Below the pieces are notes generated by a model. It ran no database searches and was not told where the DNA came from. It saw only the letters and a list, made by a program, of their open reading frames with translations. Below, piece by piece: positions 9,478-19,434 of a stretch of DNA of 32,000 nt. Within the stretch, counting starts at the first letter, position 1, and each line of letters starts with the position of its first letter. The DNA comes from an uncultured Anaerofustis sp. GTDB taxonomy: Bacteria > Bacillota > Clostridia > Eubacteriales > Anaerofustaceae. The position numbers and the translations under genes were made by a program. The stretch is from the NCBI GenBank assembly GCA_963674555.1, contig OY771429.1, positions 1,311,845 through 1,343,844 of the forward strand, written 5' to 3'.

Positions 9478-10782
9478 ATGAAATCAAAACAGATCAAAGT
9501 TATATCGATTATCTCTGCGATACTCATTCTTTTAGCAGGATGCGGTGTAGCGGATAATAACGAACAAGACACGCAATCTCAAGATCAGGGTGAGATGACA
9601 CTTGCGCAGGCTAACGCTATAGAAGAAGATATTTTAGCGTCGGTCGGATATACATCTTCAGTCGGCGGATACTCGATCGTCGATACGGGGCAGACTTTGT
9701 TTTACAGTGATTCGAGCGTGATCTCGATACAATACGAGGGTGACGCTTATTTCGGACAGGATGCCAATTACAGTACGAACGAAGCGAGTTATACGGATAA
9801 CGGGGACGGAACGATAACGGATAATGTAACGGGACTCATATGGCAGAAAGATCCGGGTGAGAAAATGACGTGGGCGGAAGCTGTAGAAGCTGCGGAAGAT
9901 TTTGAACTTGCGGGCTATGATGATTGGCGACTCCCAACGATCAAAGAGCTGTATTCCTTGATACTGTTCACGGGCATAACGGGAAAGGATGCCGAAAGTT
10001 CCGAGCCTTATATCGATACGGATTATTTTGTATTCACTTACGGAAACGAAACGGGTGAACGATTCATTGATTCCCAATACGCTACGAGTACGATCTACGA
10101 AAGCACAACAATGGGCGGATCGATCACGATGTTCGGCGTAAATTTCGCTGACGGCAGGATCAAGGGTTACCCGATCAATAAAACTTTTTATGTGATGTAC
10201 GTGCGGGGCAACACGAACTACGGTGTAAACGACTTTACAGATAACGGTGACGGAACGATAACCGATGAAGCTACGGGACTTATGTGGATGAAAGTTGACA
10301 GCGCGTACTTGCAGGCGGGATCAAACGGTGACGGCGCGATGGATTGGCAAGAAGCACTTGAGTGGGCGGAAGATCTGGAGTATGCGGGGTATGATGACTG
10401 GACACTGCCCGACGCCAAACAATTACAAAGCATCGTTGATTATACGAGATGCCCCGATATAACGGGATCAGCCGCGATCGATCCGATCTTTCAGGCGAGC
10501 GAGATCATTGATATCAGCGGTAATACCAATTACGCGAATTATTGGACGAGCACGACCCATCTGGACGGCGCGATAGAAGGCTCATTTGCCGTATATGTTT
10601 CATTCGGTGAAGCTTTGGGTGAAATGAACGGGGTTGTTCAAGACGTGCACGGTGCGGGTGCGCAACGTTCCGACCCGAAAAGCGGGGACATATCCGAGTA
10701 TCCGAAAGTCTTTTCACAAGCCCCGCAAGGCGATGTGCAGACAGTCTACAATTACGTGCGATTGGTGCGGGTGGTTGATTAA
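9478..10782 (+). CDS. DUF1566/Lcl C-terminal domain-containing lipoprotein (two tandem domains)
   Basis: Lipoprotein signal 'MKSKQIKVISIISAILILLAGCG'. Repeated modules 'YTDNGDGTITDNVTGLIWQKDPGEKMTWAEAVEAAEDFELAGYDDWRLPTIKEL' and 'FTDNGDGTITDEATGLMWMK...WQEALEWAEDLEYAGYDDWTLPDAKQL'. Confidence 0.85.
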   Translation: MKSKQIKVISIISAILILLAGCGVADNNEQDTQSQDQGEMTLAQANAIEEDILASVGYTSSVGGYSIVDTGQTLFYSDSSVISIQYEGDAYFGQDANYSTNEASYTDNGDGTITDNVTGLIWQKDPGEKMTWAEAVEAAEDFELAGYDDWRLPTIKELYSLILFTGITGKDAESSEPYIDTDYFVFTYGNETGERFIDSQYATSTIYESTTMGGSITMFGVNFADGRIKGYPINKTFYVMYVRGNTNYGVNDFTDNGDGTITDEATGLMWMKVDSAYLQAGSNGDGAMDWQEALEWAEDLEYAGYDDWTLPDAKQLQSIVDYTRCPDITGSAAIDPIFQASEIIDISGNTNYANYWTSTTHLDGAIEGSFAVYVSFGEALGEMNGVVQDVHGAGAQRSDPKSGDISEYPKVFSQAPQGDVQTVYNYVRLVRVVD

Positions 10783-10791
10783 TCTAAAAAT

Positions 10792-10827
10792 AAGCCACCG
10801 CCCGGCTTTAAGAGCAGGCGGTGGCTT
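10792..10827. terminator. Rho-independent terminator
   Basis: AAGCCACCGCC...GGCGGTGGCTT stem followed by a T run, between convergent genes. Confidence 0.85.
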
Positions 10828-10846
10828 TTTATAATCTTTTATTTGT

Positions 10847-11872
10847 TTATCCGCGCAGAGAAATATAGATGACATAAAGTATATACGTGCCGATCATCAA
10901 ACTGCCTGTCAAACGACCGACTTTTTTACGACTGAACATCGGGATATAGAACAGCAGACTGGAAACGATCAAAACGACCATATCGTATACGGCGTTTATA
11001 TCGGTTTGAATCGGATGGATCGCTGACGAAAGACCGAGCACCAAAAAAATGTTATAAATATTCGAGCCGATGATGTTCCCGAGCGCAATGTCGGCTTGTC
11101 CTTTTCGAGCTGCGATAACAGACGTTACACCTTCGGGTAAAGATGTACCGATGGCGATGACTGTTAAACCGATAAATGCCTCGCTGATATGTAATAAGCG
11201 CGCGATCGTGATCGACGCGTTGACGATCAACTGTCCGCCTAGAATAACGCCCAATAGCCCGACAAGTATAAGGCCGGTGTGTTTAAGGTAGAATTTTTTC
11301 GGTTTCTTCGAGGCTGCTTGAACATCAACATTAGGCATGGTAAGTTGTCTGTTCTGCCTGGTCTCAGACACCGTAAAATAGAGGAAGATCCCGAAGAAGA
11401 TCAATAACACGAGACCGTCACCGTGAGAGAGGATCATACTGCTCTCGTCGGATAGAAATGTATCATATGAAAGAAATAATAATGAAAGCGCCGCGACGAT
11501 CGAATACGGATAATTCTTCGATAAAATGGATTTATTGATCTGAAACGGTTTGATCGTTGCGATGACACCGCCGACTAGCAGTAAATTTATAAGGCAAGAA
11601 CCGATGACATTTCCGATGGCTATCTCATTACTGCCTTTGAATGCCGCAGTTAAACTGACGGATAATTCAGGCGCGCTCGTACCGAACGCGATGATCGTCA
11701 TGCCGATGATATGCGCAGGGATCCTGAATTGTTCGGCGATGAGCGATGAACTGTCCACAAACCAATCTGCGCCTTTGATAAGTAGTATAAATCCTGCTGC
11801 CAACAATATGACTGATTGCATTCTTTCCCTCCCAAATCGAGCAAACCATTTGATGTTTTTGCTATAAAACAT
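10847..11872 (-). CDS. Calcium/sodium antiporter (YrbG/CaCA family)
   Basis: Duplicated CaCA motifs 'IGMTIIAFGTSAPELSVSLTAAFKGSNEIAIGNVIGSCLINLLLV' and 'IGLTVIAIGTSLPEGVTSVIAARKGQADIALGNIIGSNIYNIFLVLG'. Confidence 0.93.
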   Translation of the reverse strand: MFYSKNIKWFARFGRERMQSVILLAAGFILLIKGADWFVDSSSLIAEQFRIPAHIIGMTIIAFGTSAPELSVSLTAAFKGSNEIAIGNVIGSCLINLLLVGGVIATIKPFQINKSILSKNYPYSIVAALSLLFLSYDTFLSDESSMILSHGDGLVLLIFFGIFLYFTVSETRQNRQLTMPNVDVQAASKKPKKFYLKHTGLILVGLLGVILGGQLIVNASITIARLLHISEAFIGLTVIAIGTSLPEGVTSVIAARKGQADIALGNIIGSNIYNIFLVLGLSSAIHPIQTDINAVYDMVVLIVSSLLFYIPMFSRKKVGRLTGSLMIGTYILYVIYISLRG

Positions 11873-11920
11873 TATATCATATGCTCCCGTTGCGGGATAG
11901 ATGTATCTTACAGCAAATAA

Positions 11921-11951
11921 AAAAGCGTATCGTTTATATCGATACGCTTTT
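11921..11951 (-). terminator. Rho-independent terminator for the gene at 11960-12613
   Basis: AAAAGCGTATCG-TTTATAT-CGATACGCTTTT stem; T run on the minus strand. Confidence 0.85.
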
Positions 11952-11959
11952 ATGTTTTT

Positions 11960-12613
11960 TTAAATCAATTTATTCGTCAATCTAACGCCCATTTCAAAAG
12001 CTTTTTCGCAGTCGATCGGGAATTGTTCTTCCTTGACCTGCAATTTATGCTCGGGGTCGAACCGAGATGATTCGTATCTATCGTAATCGTCAAATTGTGT
12101 CGTATCGCAAGCCATCAGATATTCGGAAGGACCGTTAAAGAATCTCTGCAAGCGATTTTCCAATGCGTCGAATACTGTTATCTGTCCGCTTTCGAGCGCA
12201 ATCTTATACGGAATATTCATTGTATAGATCGAGGCTGTTGATATCGTTCGCGAGAAATGCGGAGGCTCATCCTCATTATATGATAATAATGAGAAAAACA
12301 ATCGTTCCATAAAGGAGAGCATTTCACCCGTGATATTTCCGAAGTAGACGGGAGAGCCTAATAATAAACCGTCACAGGTCAAGATCTTTTCAAGCAACGG
12401 ACTTAAATCGTCTTTCATCGTGCAGTGTCCGATATTGGCTGAACCCTTTATCTTGCAACCGAAACAGCTTGTGCATCCTTGATACTTCAAATCATACAAG
12501 TGGAACAATTCGACGTTTGCTCCTTTGGATTCGGCACCTTCGATCGCTTTTTGCAATAAAGTTGCGGTGTTCCATTTTTTTCGGGGACTTCCGTTGATCG
12601 CTATAATGTTCAT
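11960..12613 (-). CDS. Flavodoxin family protein / NADPH-dependent FMN reductase-like
   Basis: 'MNIIAINGSPRKKWNTATLLQKAIEGAESKGANVELFHLYDLKYQGCTSCFGCK', 'DGLLLGSPVYFGNITGEMLSFMERL'. Confidence 0.9.
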   Translation of the reverse strand: MNIIAINGSPRKKWNTATLLQKAIEGAESKGANVELFHLYDLKYQGCTSCFGCKIKGSANIGHCTMKDDLSPLLEKILTCDGLLLGSPVYFGNITGEMLSFMERLFFSLLSYNEDEPPHFSRTISTASIYTMNIPYKIALESGQITVFDALENRLQRFFNGPSEYLMACDTTQFDDYDRYESSRFDPEHKLQVKEEQFPIDCEKAFEMGVRLTNKLI

Positions 12614-12932
12614 AAGAAACCTCCATTAAAAATATTAATCTGATTTTTGATCGTTCAAATAAATAAGAGATCTTTTTATCAGTTTATCATATCAGACCCA
12701 TAAACTGTCAAGCGCTTTGTTGACATCATGATCGCTATGATGATAATAAAATAATTATACATGTTTTTAAAAGAAAATGAAATATGCATTTTTTTGGAGA
12801 TCACTGCGCTTAAGCCAGATATATTTAAGGGGGTGGAATGACCGAATATATGCATCATATTCTGATTATTGTTGTTTTTTTAGCATATACAAAATATAAT
12901 GATAATAATAAATGCTTAAAGGAGATATTAAG

Positions 12933-13295
12933 ATGAACTATATACATACGACTTTACAAGTAAAAGACATGGAGGAATCCTTAAAATTTTATCAAGAGAT
13001 CGTAGGACTTGAGATAAGCAGACAATTCGACGCGGGACCTGACAGAAAGATCGTATTTTTAGGCAGCGGTGAAACAAAAATAGAATTGATCTACAGTCCC
13101 GAAAATAAAACCGTCGATATCGGCAACGATATCTCAATAGGTTTTGAAACGGAATCGGTCGATGAGATGATGGCGTTTGTACAGGAGAAAGGCGTTGCGA
13201 TACACAGCGGACCGTTTGAGCCGAACCCGAATACAAGGTTCTTTTATGTGCAAGACCCTAACGGTTTGCGTGTGCAATTTGCCGAACATAAATAG
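12933..13295 (+). CDS. VOC family protein (glyoxalase/bleomycin-resistance-like)
   Basis: 'MNYIHTTLQVKDMEESLKFYQEIVGLEISRQF...FFYVQDPNGLRVQFAEH'. The start at 12933 is preferred over 12912 because AAAGGAG lies just upstream of 12933. Confidence 0.88.
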   Translation: MNYIHTTLQVKDMEESLKFYQEIVGLEISRQFDAGPDRKIVFLGSGETKIELIYSPENKTVDIGNDISIGFETESVDEMMAFVQEKGVAIHSGPFEPNPNTRFFYVQDPNGLRVQFAEHK

Positions 13296-13322
13296 CTCGA
13301 CTTATAAAATCTTTCAGGAGTT

Positions 13323-13649
13323 ATGATGACAAATAAAGAGCAGGGGACTCCCTCAACAAGCGCATGGATCGCATTTGCTGCGGGACTCATCAGTTTGATC
13401 GCTTTACCTATAATTGCCTTGATCGGAGCATTGATCGAAGATGTCGGCATGATGGCACCGTTTGTTCGGATCGTTTTTCCTTCCGCGTCCATCGCGATCA
13501 TTTTGGGTGGGATGCGTCGCAAACATCTCGAAGAAAGTAAACGCGGGCAAAAGCTGGCGAAGATCGGGATGATCACAGGTATCGTTACGGTAACAGTGAT
13601 CGTGCTTTTGATCTTGTTTGTGTTGATCATTTTTGCTCCCGGATCTTAA
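13323..13649 (+). CDS. Small DUF4190-like two-TM membrane protein
   Basis: 108 aa with two hydrophobic segments: 'AWIAFAAGLISLIALPIIALIGALI' and 'KIGMITGIVTVTVIVLLILFVLIIFAPGS'. Confidence 0.6.
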   Translation: MMTNKEQGTPSTSAWIAFAAGLISLIALPIIALIGALIEDVGMMAPFVRIVFPSASIAIILGGMRRKHLEESKRGQKLAKIGMITGIVTVTVIVLLILFVLIIFAPGS

Positions 13650-13674
13650 CGCTAAATCTATTTATACACAAAAT

Positions 13675-13701
13675 AAAAGAGACTGCTTTGCAGTCTCTTT
13701 T
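13675..13701. terminator. Rho-independent terminator between convergent genes
   Basis: AAAAGAGACTGC-TTT-GCAGTCTCTTTT with T/A runs on both sides. Confidence 0.88.
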
Positions 13702-13704
13702 TTG

Positions 13705-14694
13705 TCATTTGTTTTTATTGAACATCTTTGGTATATTGAACATAAGTGCTAAGACCAATACCAATCCGTATTCAATGATCGGTATCCAAGTGATCTCATG
13801 GATACGCGCGATCGTCCTTACGTTAAACAAAAGACCGCTGTACACGAGAAGGACGCCGATGACATAGACAGTTGACCAAGAAATGATCGCTTTTTTGGAT
13901 AGATCCAATCCGTATAACTGAGTAACGACGAATATCGCTCCGAACCCGAAGAAAAACATCGGCCATATACCGTTGTTTTGTAAGAGCGCTACCGCTGTTC
14001 CGTGGAAAAGCACCATGACTTCCAGCGTGAAAGTCCAATATTTATTGGTATGTACCGACGTATAAGCCATAGATAATTGTAATAATAAGATGAACATATA
14101 AAAGAAACCGAATAAATGCCCCGGTGTATTTTCCATCGGATGGAACCAGAATGTATAGATCAAAGCCCAAGCGATATAGATGCCGTGGAATTTATAGACG
14201 GGCGGCGCGGCGTTTGTTACGAATTTTAGTTTTTTACCGAAGAACAAACCTCTTCTACTGTTTTCCATCAAGAGTATCAAAACGAGCATGCCGATCACAG
14301 AGAATTGTGAGGACCAAACCGATACGTCTTGCGCAAGTCCGTCATACCATAACCCCGTTTGAACGAAATGTAAAAGTACGAATATGAAATTTGTCGCAAG
14401 CAGAAAGCGATTGTATTTACTGATCTTGCCGTTTATCCTGTTCGGGTCTTTTTTTAATTTATACATAAAGAACCAAACAAGTCCCAAATGAAGTGCAAAC
14501 AATGTCCAAGCACTGATACGCGCGTATATATTGACGGCAGGCAGTTTCCAGTAATACCAAGAAGCGCCCGTATCGGGCAGATGCGGGATATCGACAAGCA
14601 ATCTTCCGAAGAAATAGGTCACAAGCGTTAACCCAAGGCAGACCGCGATACCGATAAAAAGGGTTTTTTGTTCTTTTTTTGAATTGCTATCCAT
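13705..14694 (-). CDS. Integral membrane protein of unknown function (about 8-9 TM)
   Basis: Long ORF (329 aa) with repeated hydrophobic segments. I recognise no family motif. Confidence 0.75.
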   Translation of the reverse strand: MDSNSKKEQKTLFIGIAVCLGLTLVTYFFGRLLVDIPHLPDTGASWYYWKLPAVNIYARISAWTLFALHLGLVWFFMYKLKKDPNRINGKISKYNRFLLATNFIFVLLHFVQTGLWYDGLAQDVSVWSSQFSVIGMLVLILLMENSRRGLFFGKKLKFVTNAAPPVYKFHGIYIAWALIYTFWFHPMENTPGHLFGFFYMFILLLQLSMAYTSVHTNKYWTFTLEVMVLFHGTAVALLQNNGIWPMFFFGFGAIFVVTQLYGLDLSKKAIISWSTVYVIGVLLVYSGLLFNVRTIARIHEITWIPIIEYGLVLVLALMFNIPKMFNKNK

Positions 14695-14885
14695 ATGTAC
14701 TTCTCCTATTAATAGATACGATTTGATTTATTGTGTATATTATACAATATAGGAATTTGATATTTCAAATGATATTGCATTTGTTTTGAACCTTATATTT
14801 TCGCTGAGTAGCAGGAAATGAAATTTCTTGTGTTACGTTCAAATCATTGTTAAAATATATACAAACAAAAAAAAGGAAAATCATT

Positions 14886-15362
14886 ATGGATCAAATGCAA
14901 ACAGATAACAATAACGAGATAGAGCGACTCTATGATCTTACCATGGAAGACATCTTACGATTATGGTCCCAAACATATAATACCAACGGTAAGCCCGACT
15001 GGTCGCACATCTATCCGTATTATCATCCCGATATCGTTTTTCAGGATTCGATACAAAGATTGGAAGGGATCGACACGTTCCGCGCGATGTGCGAACGCCT
15101 GACGAAACGCTGCAAGGAATTGCATATGGATATTACGGCGATCGCCGAAGGTGAAGATTTTATCTTGATGGAATGGATAATGACGATGTCTTTCCGTCGC
15201 TCTCCGAGTACGCCGATCTACGGTTGTACAAAGCTGACTTTTCACGCGGACGGACGGATCATAGCGCAAAGAGATTATTATGATCTGTGGGGAGATATAT
15301 ACAACGGTATCCCGTACTTCAGACGGGTCTACCGCGCGTTTATGCGTAAGTTTTTCGGATAG
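14886..15362 (+). CDS. SnoaL-like / NTF2-fold nuclear transport factor 2 family protein
   Basis: 'WSHIYPYYHPDIVFQDSIQRLEGIDTFRAMCERL...KLTFHADGRIIAQRDYYDLW' is the SnoaL-like pattern. Start assigned to M14 of the track ORF. Confidence 0.75.
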   Translation: MDQMQTDNNNEIERLYDLTMEDILRLWSQTYNTNGKPDWSHIYPYYHPDIVFQDSIQRLEGIDTFRAMCERLTKRCKELHMDITAIAEGEDFILMEWIMTMSFRRSPSTPIYGCTKLTFHADGRIIAQRDYYDLWGDIYNGIPYFRRVYRAFMRKFFG

Positions 15363-15371
15363 GGGATTACG

Positions 15372-16289
15372 ATGAAAAGAAAATTACCGGATGAATTGAT
15401 CTTTCTGCAAAACAGGAACCTGCCGCAAAAGACGACCGACGCTTCCATGCAAGGAAAAGTATGCGTGATCACCGGCGCTACTTCAGGTGTGGGCTATGAA
15501 AGCGCGAAAAAACTCGCCGAAGGCGGAGCGTCTCTCGTAATGATCAGCCGAAATAAAGAAAAGGCGGAGAGGGTCGCCGCTGAACTTCATAAGAATTACA
15601 ATGCGCAAGTTGATATTATCATCGCTGATCTGAGCGATTTAAAACAAGTGCGAAAAGCAGCCGAACAGGTTTTATCCGACTATCCAAAGATAGACGTGCT
15701 TATCAACAGCGCGGGATTGCATTCAACGACAAAGACCTATAACTCGGAAGGGTTTGAAACGGTATTTTGTGTCAATCATTTGGCAGCGTTTCTATTGACT
15801 TATCTACTGCTTGGCAGATTGAAGGAAAACGAACATGCGCGTATCATTCAAGTGAATTCCGAAGGGCATAGATTCAACGGGCTTAATCCCGATGATCTGA
15901 ACTGGAAAAAGAGATTCTATACGGGACTCAGAGGATACGGTGCTTCGAAGACAGCGCAATTGCTTACCGTATGGGAATTTGCCGATATGCTAAGAGAAAC
16001 CAACGTGACCATCAACGCGATGCATCCGGGGGATGTGCGCACGAACATTGGAAACAACAACGGTTGGTTGTACAGGTTTTTTTTAAGACATTTTACTTGG
16101 CATTTTTTACGTGACCCGAGTGTATCGGGCGAAGCGGTATATTATCTTGCAGCCGCACCTGAAATGCAAAATGTAAGCGGTCGTTTTTATCATTTGACGG
16201 TCGAAGAAAAACCCGCCAAACACGCGCTCGATCGTACGGTGGGTAAACGTATCTGGGATCAGAGCATGCGTATGACGGGATTAGCATGA
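15372..16289 (+). CDS. SDR family NAD(P)-dependent oxidoreductase (retinol dehydrogenase/WW-oxidoreductase-like)
   Basis: 'GKVCVITGATSGVGYESAKKLAEGG', 'DVLINSAGL', 'YGASKTAQLL' (YxxxK). Confidence 0.92.
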   Translation: MKRKLPDELIFLQNRNLPQKTTDASMQGKVCVITGATSGVGYESAKKLAEGGASLVMISRNKEKAERVAAELHKNYNAQVDIIIADLSDLKQVRKAAEQVLSDYPKIDVLINSAGLHSTTKTYNSEGFETVFCVNHLAAFLLTYLLLGRLKENEHARIIQVNSEGHRFNGLNPDDLNWKKRFYTGLRGYGASKTAQLLTVWEFADMLRETNVTINAMHPGDVRTNIGNNNGWLYRFFLRHFTWHFLRDPSVSGEAVYYLAAAPEMQNVSGRFYHLTVEEKPAKHALDRTVGKRIWDQSMRMTGLA

Positions 16290-16298
16290 TTCGTTAAT

Positions 16299-17906
16299 TT
16301 ATTTTAGTTCTTTGATAACGCGGTTTGCGGCAAGTTTTCCTGTCAAAATCGAGATCGGAAATCCCGAAGGACTGTAAGACCACTGTCCCGCTTGCAGCAC
16401 ATTGGGTATCGGTGTTAATACGGAGCGGGATACTTTTTTTAGATCATTTACAGCTGGTATATTTCGATTGGTAAATGCCCAGCCTGTGATCGCGCCGTCG
16501 GAGTTTCCCGTGCGTTTTTCAATCGTAAGCGGTGTGGAGGTAAACGCATCGATGATATGCTCTTTCAACGATGGATATACAGTCGCATCCAATATGTCGA
16601 TGATCGTATCTTGACAAAGTTCTTTAAACTCTTCGTACCAACCCATATCCGCTATATGCTTTACAAGAGAATGATCCATCAACGTGCTTACGATCAGACC
16701 TGTCTGACCTTTCGGCGCAAGTGATTCATCTCGGAGCACAGGGATCGATATTTCAAACGTTGTCAATTCACAGTATCGTTTGACCCAATCGAATATCGCT
16801 TCTTTATCTTTTGTGTATGCTGTCACATTATCTGATGTATCGATCTTTAATTCATCGATATTGATATTGGATAAGCCTTTTTTGTAGGGTGTATAAAATA
16901 AATGCGGGCTGTGTATGTCTGCGAAAACCGATCGATCGATATCAGCACTGATATATAAAGTAAAGACCGAATCGCCTCCGCTCATATTCGAAAGTTCCGC
17001 TTTGCGATCGAGGATCGCTTTTTTTGTTTGCGCGTTTGCAACAGAATCGATGTCGACTACATTATAAAGCGCTTTTAAGTCCGCCGCCCAGATCAATTTT
17101 TTATAAGAATAAATCGTTCCGTTTTGATCGGTCGCTTCCTTTTTATCGATATCGATCTTTTCAATAGTCGTATCCATCATGATCTTTCCGTTATGATCTT
17201 TGATGAAATCGGTGATCTTATCGATCAACACACCTGTTCCGCCTTTGGGATAGGCATAATCGAGATAAAGGCTGATATAACTTAGCGCAAAAGATGTCGG
17301 TGTGTTCTTGAAAAAATGTTGTGCGATCATATCGATCAACACAGGATCATCGGTAAGTTTCTTTAAATAATCTTCAACGGGTTCGTTTAATTTATTGACT
17401 TTACCGATGGTAAAAATGAATTTGAACAACCAAGGAAAGACGGTTTTGATAAAATAATCCCTGTCTTTTTTGATATCGAGGAATATCGGGTTATCCACTC
17501 CGTACATAATGTCCATATTTTGCATGATCTTGCTGATCACGTCGATGATGTTTTTTATGTCCTGTGCTTTTTCCGGAAATTGTCGAATGAGCAAGTCCCG
17601 GTATGTCTGCAGGCTCTTTTTCGAATCAAACGTAATGATATCATCTTCGATGCCGACCGAAACGGGATTATCTAAGAAATCCACGTTGATACCCAACTGA
17701 CGAAGCATGGGCTGAACGATACCCGAGTCTTCGATCGCGCGTATACCGCCGTCAAAAACAAAACCGTTACGTTCAAATGAACCTACAAGTCCGCCCAATT
17801 TTCTTTCTTTCTCACAGATGAGAATATTGTGACCTTCTTTTGATAGAAAAGCCGCTGCGGTCAAACCCGCGATGCCTCCGCCTACGATCAAAGCATCGTA
17901 CTGCAT
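16299..17906 (-). CDS. NAD(P)/FAD-dependent oxidoreductase (phytoene desaturase/retinol saturase-like)
   Basis: Dinucleotide-binding motif 'YDALIVGGGIAGLTAAAFLSKEGHNILICEKERKLGG', C-terminal 'VLQAGQWSYSPSGFPISILTGKLAANRVIKEL'. Confidence 0.88.
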   Translation of the reverse strand: MQYDALIVGGGIAGLTAAAFLSKEGHNILICEKERKLGGLVGSFERNGFVFDGGIRAIEDSGIVQPMLRQLGINVDFLDNPVSVGIEDDIITFDSKKSLQTYRDLLIRQFPEKAQDIKNIIDVISKIMQNMDIMYGVDNPIFLDIKKDRDYFIKTVFPWLFKFIFTIGKVNKLNEPVEDYLKKLTDDPVLIDMIAQHFFKNTPTSFALSYISLYLDYAYPKGGTGVLIDKITDFIKDHNGKIMMDTTIEKIDIDKKEATDQNGTIYSYKKLIWAADLKALYNVVDIDSVANAQTKKAILDRKAELSNMSGGDSVFTLYISADIDRSVFADIHSPHLFYTPYKKGLSNINIDELKIDTSDNVTAYTKDKEAIFDWVKRYCELTTFEISIPVLRDESLAPKGQTGLIVSTLMDHSLVKHIADMGWYEEFKELCQDTIIDILDATVYPSLKEHIIDAFTSTPLTIEKRTGNSDGAITGWAFTNRNIPAVNDLKKVSRSVLTPIPNVLQAGQWSYSPSGFPISILTGKLAANRVIKELK

Positions 17907-18244
17907 ATAGGATCTCCTCTCAGTCTCATAAAGTGAATATATCGAAAGATATTTTTATTTATTATAGCATAATCGTCAAATGTTTTCTTGATTTTTTGCA
18001 GATCCATCTCGGACTTTTTCTTATGGAAATTCAAAATTGCTTTTAGGCCTTTTTATAAAAACTATTTTTATTGAATAATGCAATAAAAATCACAGATTGA
18101 TTTTGTAACTATAGTATTTCAGTATATTATATATTTATAAGGTCAATTTTTCTGATCGATATTCAACTTAGCATAGCACAAAAAAAAGTATTTCAATGAC
18201 ATATATCGATCGTGCTTAAATTGCGAATTGCGGAGGGAGAAAAC

Positions 18245-19384
18245 ATGTTATATAGGAAATTCGGAAAAACAAATGAAGATGTATCTATTTTAGGATTTGG
18301 ATGCATGAGATTGCCTTTGATTGAAGGCGGTGATCCATCGCAGATCGATGAAGAGTTATCCGTTAAATTGGTGCGCTACGCGATCGATGAGGGTGTCAAT
18401 TATATTGATACCGCTTATCCGTATCACGGAACAAGCAGGACAAGCGGCGGCGCAAGCGAACCTTTTGTGGCAAAGGCGTTAAAAGACGGCTACCGCGACA
18501 AAGTCAATATCGCGACGAAATTGCCGAGTTGGTTAGTTAATACCAGAGAAGATATGGATCGATTACTCAACGAACAGTTGGAACGTCTCGAAACAGATCA
18601 TATCGATTTTTATTTGGTACACGGTATCAACGCCGAACGTTGGCCGGTATTGAAAGCTGCGGGTTTTGGCGAGTTCTTAGATGCGGCGATCGCTGACGGC
18701 AGGATCCGCTACGCAGGATTCTCATTCCATGACAAGCTCGATCTTTTCATAGAGATCGTCGATTATTATGATTGGTCATTCTGTCAGATACAACTCAACT
18801 ATTTGGATATCGCGTTTCAAGCGGGTATCACCGGATTGGAATACGCGGCAAGCAAAAACCTCGGAATAACCATCATGGAACCGCTCAAAGGCGGAAAACT
18901 TGCCAATCAATTACCTGAGGAAGCGTTGGATATCTTCAATCAAGCTTCTGTGAAACGCACACCTGCCGATTGGGCACTGCGTTGGGTCTATAACAGACCG
19001 GAAGTTTCGGTAGCGCTCAGCGGCATGAATTCCATGGAACAAGTTAAAGAGAACCTTCAAACAGCAAGCGAAGCGGAAGCGAATGCTTTAACAGCCGAAG
19101 AAATGGAAATGTTCGAAAAGATCCACGCGATCTTCCAAGAAAAAAATAAAGTGGGCTGCACGACTTGCGGATACTGCATGCCGTGTCCATCGGGTGTCAA
19201 TATCCCGGGTTGCTTTACGGCTTATAACAATTTCTATATCTTTGATGAAAATATGTATTGGGTCGTATCACCCGATCAAAAAGCGTCCAATTGTGTGGAA
19301 TGCGGCGAATGCGAAACAAAATGTCCGCAGAGCATCAATATCATCGATGAATTGAAAAACGTGACCGCTGCTTTGGAAAATTAA
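18245..19384 (+). CDS. Aldo/keto reductase with C-terminal 4Fe-4S ferredoxin-type domain
   Basis: 'MLYRKFGKTNEDVSILGFGCMRLPL', 'YIDTAYPYHG', 'IDFYLVHGI'. Fe-S motifs 'CTTCGYCMPCPSGVNIP' and 'CVECGECETKCPQSI'. RBS GGAGGGAG upstream of 18245. Confidence 0.93.
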   Translation: MLYRKFGKTNEDVSILGFGCMRLPLIEGGDPSQIDEELSVKLVRYAIDEGVNYIDTAYPYHGTSRTSGGASEPFVAKALKDGYRDKVNIATKLPSWLVNTREDMDRLLNEQLERLETDHIDFYLVHGINAERWPVLKAAGFGEFLDAAIADGRIRYAGFSFHDKLDLFIEIVDYYDWSFCQIQLNYLDIAFQAGITGLEYAASKNLGITIMEPLKGGKLANQLPEEALDIFNQASVKRTPADWALRWVYNRPEVSVALSGMNSMEQVKENLQTASEAEANALTAEEMEMFEKIHAIFQEKNKVGCTTCGYCMPCPSGVNIPGCFTAYNNFYIFDENMYWVVSPDQKASNCVECGECETKCPQSINIIDELKNVTAALEN

Positions 19385-19405
19385 ATAATATATGCCATAT
19401 ATATG

Positions 19406-19434
19406 ATATAACGGCTTGTATTGAGCCGTTATAT
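19406..19434 (+). terminator. Possible terminator/attenuator hairpin between the AKR gene and larC
   Basis: Perfect 11-bp stem ATATAACGGCT-TGTATTG-AGCCGTTATAT, but followed by an AT-rich stretch rather than a clean U tract. Confidence 0.5.

Noticed and set aside
10514-10834. Overlapping small ORFs (10514..10717 -, 10634..10834 +)
   Set aside because: They fall inside the DUF1566 lipoprotein gene and over its terminator, with no plausible protein signature.
12912-12932. Upstream start codon of the VOC protein
   Set aside because: The ATG at 12912 precedes the AAAGGAG Shine-Dalgarno. The ATG at 12933 has correct spacing and matches the typical VOC N-terminus.
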